DNA of 64,000 nt from assembly GCA_038087875.1 (NCBI GenBank), contig CM075991.1, positions 1,488,001 to 1,552,000 of the forward strand, written 5' to 3'. The notes under the pieces are model-generated. The model made no database searches. It saw nothing but the letters and a program-made list of their open reading frames with translations, and had not been told where the DNA came from. Made by a program: the position numbers and the translations under genes. The DNA is from Malacoraja senta. Its lineage: Eukaryota. The number at the start of each line of letters is the position of its first letter. The first letter of the stretch is position 1. Below are positions 63,250-64,000 of this stretch, piece by piece.

Positions 63250-63620
63250 TGACCGCCCGCCGCTCTGACTTCCCGCTCTCGCCGCCTTCACAGACGACAC
63301 GTCAGGAGAAGGCCCGTCTCTCCTCAGCCGACCCATCGACAAAGTAAACGGGCACGGTCGCCAACAGCGCGGGCCCAGACTAACGGCCGCAATGGAACGC
63401 CGCTCACCTGCCGCCGCCTCCCCGGGGCCGGAGATCGCCGCACTTCCGGTGTTATCGCGCGCCGGCGGCCGTTGGTCAATCGGAATTCAAACTCTCCCGC
63501 CAACAGACGGCGCACGCGCTGGTGGCTGGAGGACTGCGCATGCGTGACGTACACAGCGCGTGCGGTCACGTGGTGTTGGCTGCCGTCAGCGTCGGATGTT
63601 GGAAGATCCGAGAAATGTGT
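63250..63620. promoter_or_regulatory. CpG-island promoter with a probable minus-strand first exon
   Basis: CpG-dense; ETS CACTTCCGGT 63441; E2F-like TCCCGCCAA about 63495; NRF1-like TGCGCATGCG 63535; TGACGT 63545; E-box GGTCACGTGG 63564; minus-strand donor CAG|GTGAG at 63408/63407. Confidence 0.75.
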
Positions 63621-64000
63621 TAAACTGAAGGATCCACTTGTCCATCGTGAAATTCCTTTAAAATCAGGGCTGTTCATTCAAGGAAACGGTGGATGAAGAA
63701 GATAGAAACATGCGGCCGATCTTAATTATTCTATTGAGACAGATCCCACGTCCGCTGACATTCCGGTTTCCAGTTTTATTTTTATGTAATCCAGAATATA
63801 ATGAATCATTCTCCACTTCTTACTTTGTGAAGAACATTTTCCAGACTTCGATCTTAATGTATTTATGATCTCGTAGATGTGGCAAATGTGGACTTCCAAA
63901 AGCAATCTGACAAAATGCCACTTGGTGGACTCGTCCCCTCAGTATTGAAGGCCTTAGAATAAAACATAGAAACATAGAAAATAGGTGCAGGAGGAGGCCA

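Overview
Repeat-dense eukaryotic DNA from a cartilaginous fish, probably a skate or ray (inferred from HE1/V-SINE-like SINEs, CR1 LINEs with (CATAGAAA)n tails, and Penelope elements). It is mostly nested transposons: CR1, Rex1/Babar, a HERO-like RLE element, Penelope, hAT elements and MITEs. The main host content is a tandemly duplicated ITPRIP-like (Mab-21/cGAS-fold) locus in three copies. Copy 1 keeps an uninterrupted 443-codon Mab-21 frame, but its signal peptide is cut off by a stop and a frameshift. Copies 2 and 3 are deleted pseudogenes. Also present are a frameshifted copper amine oxidase (AOC) remnant, a CCAAT array with about 32-bp phasing, about ten Penelope-type hammerhead cores (two in roughly 95-bp TSD-flanked mini-insertions), a near-identical CpG-rich inverted duplication, and a CpG-island promoter at the right end. 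Family calls come from motif recognition by eye; no database searches were run, and many boundaries are approximate.
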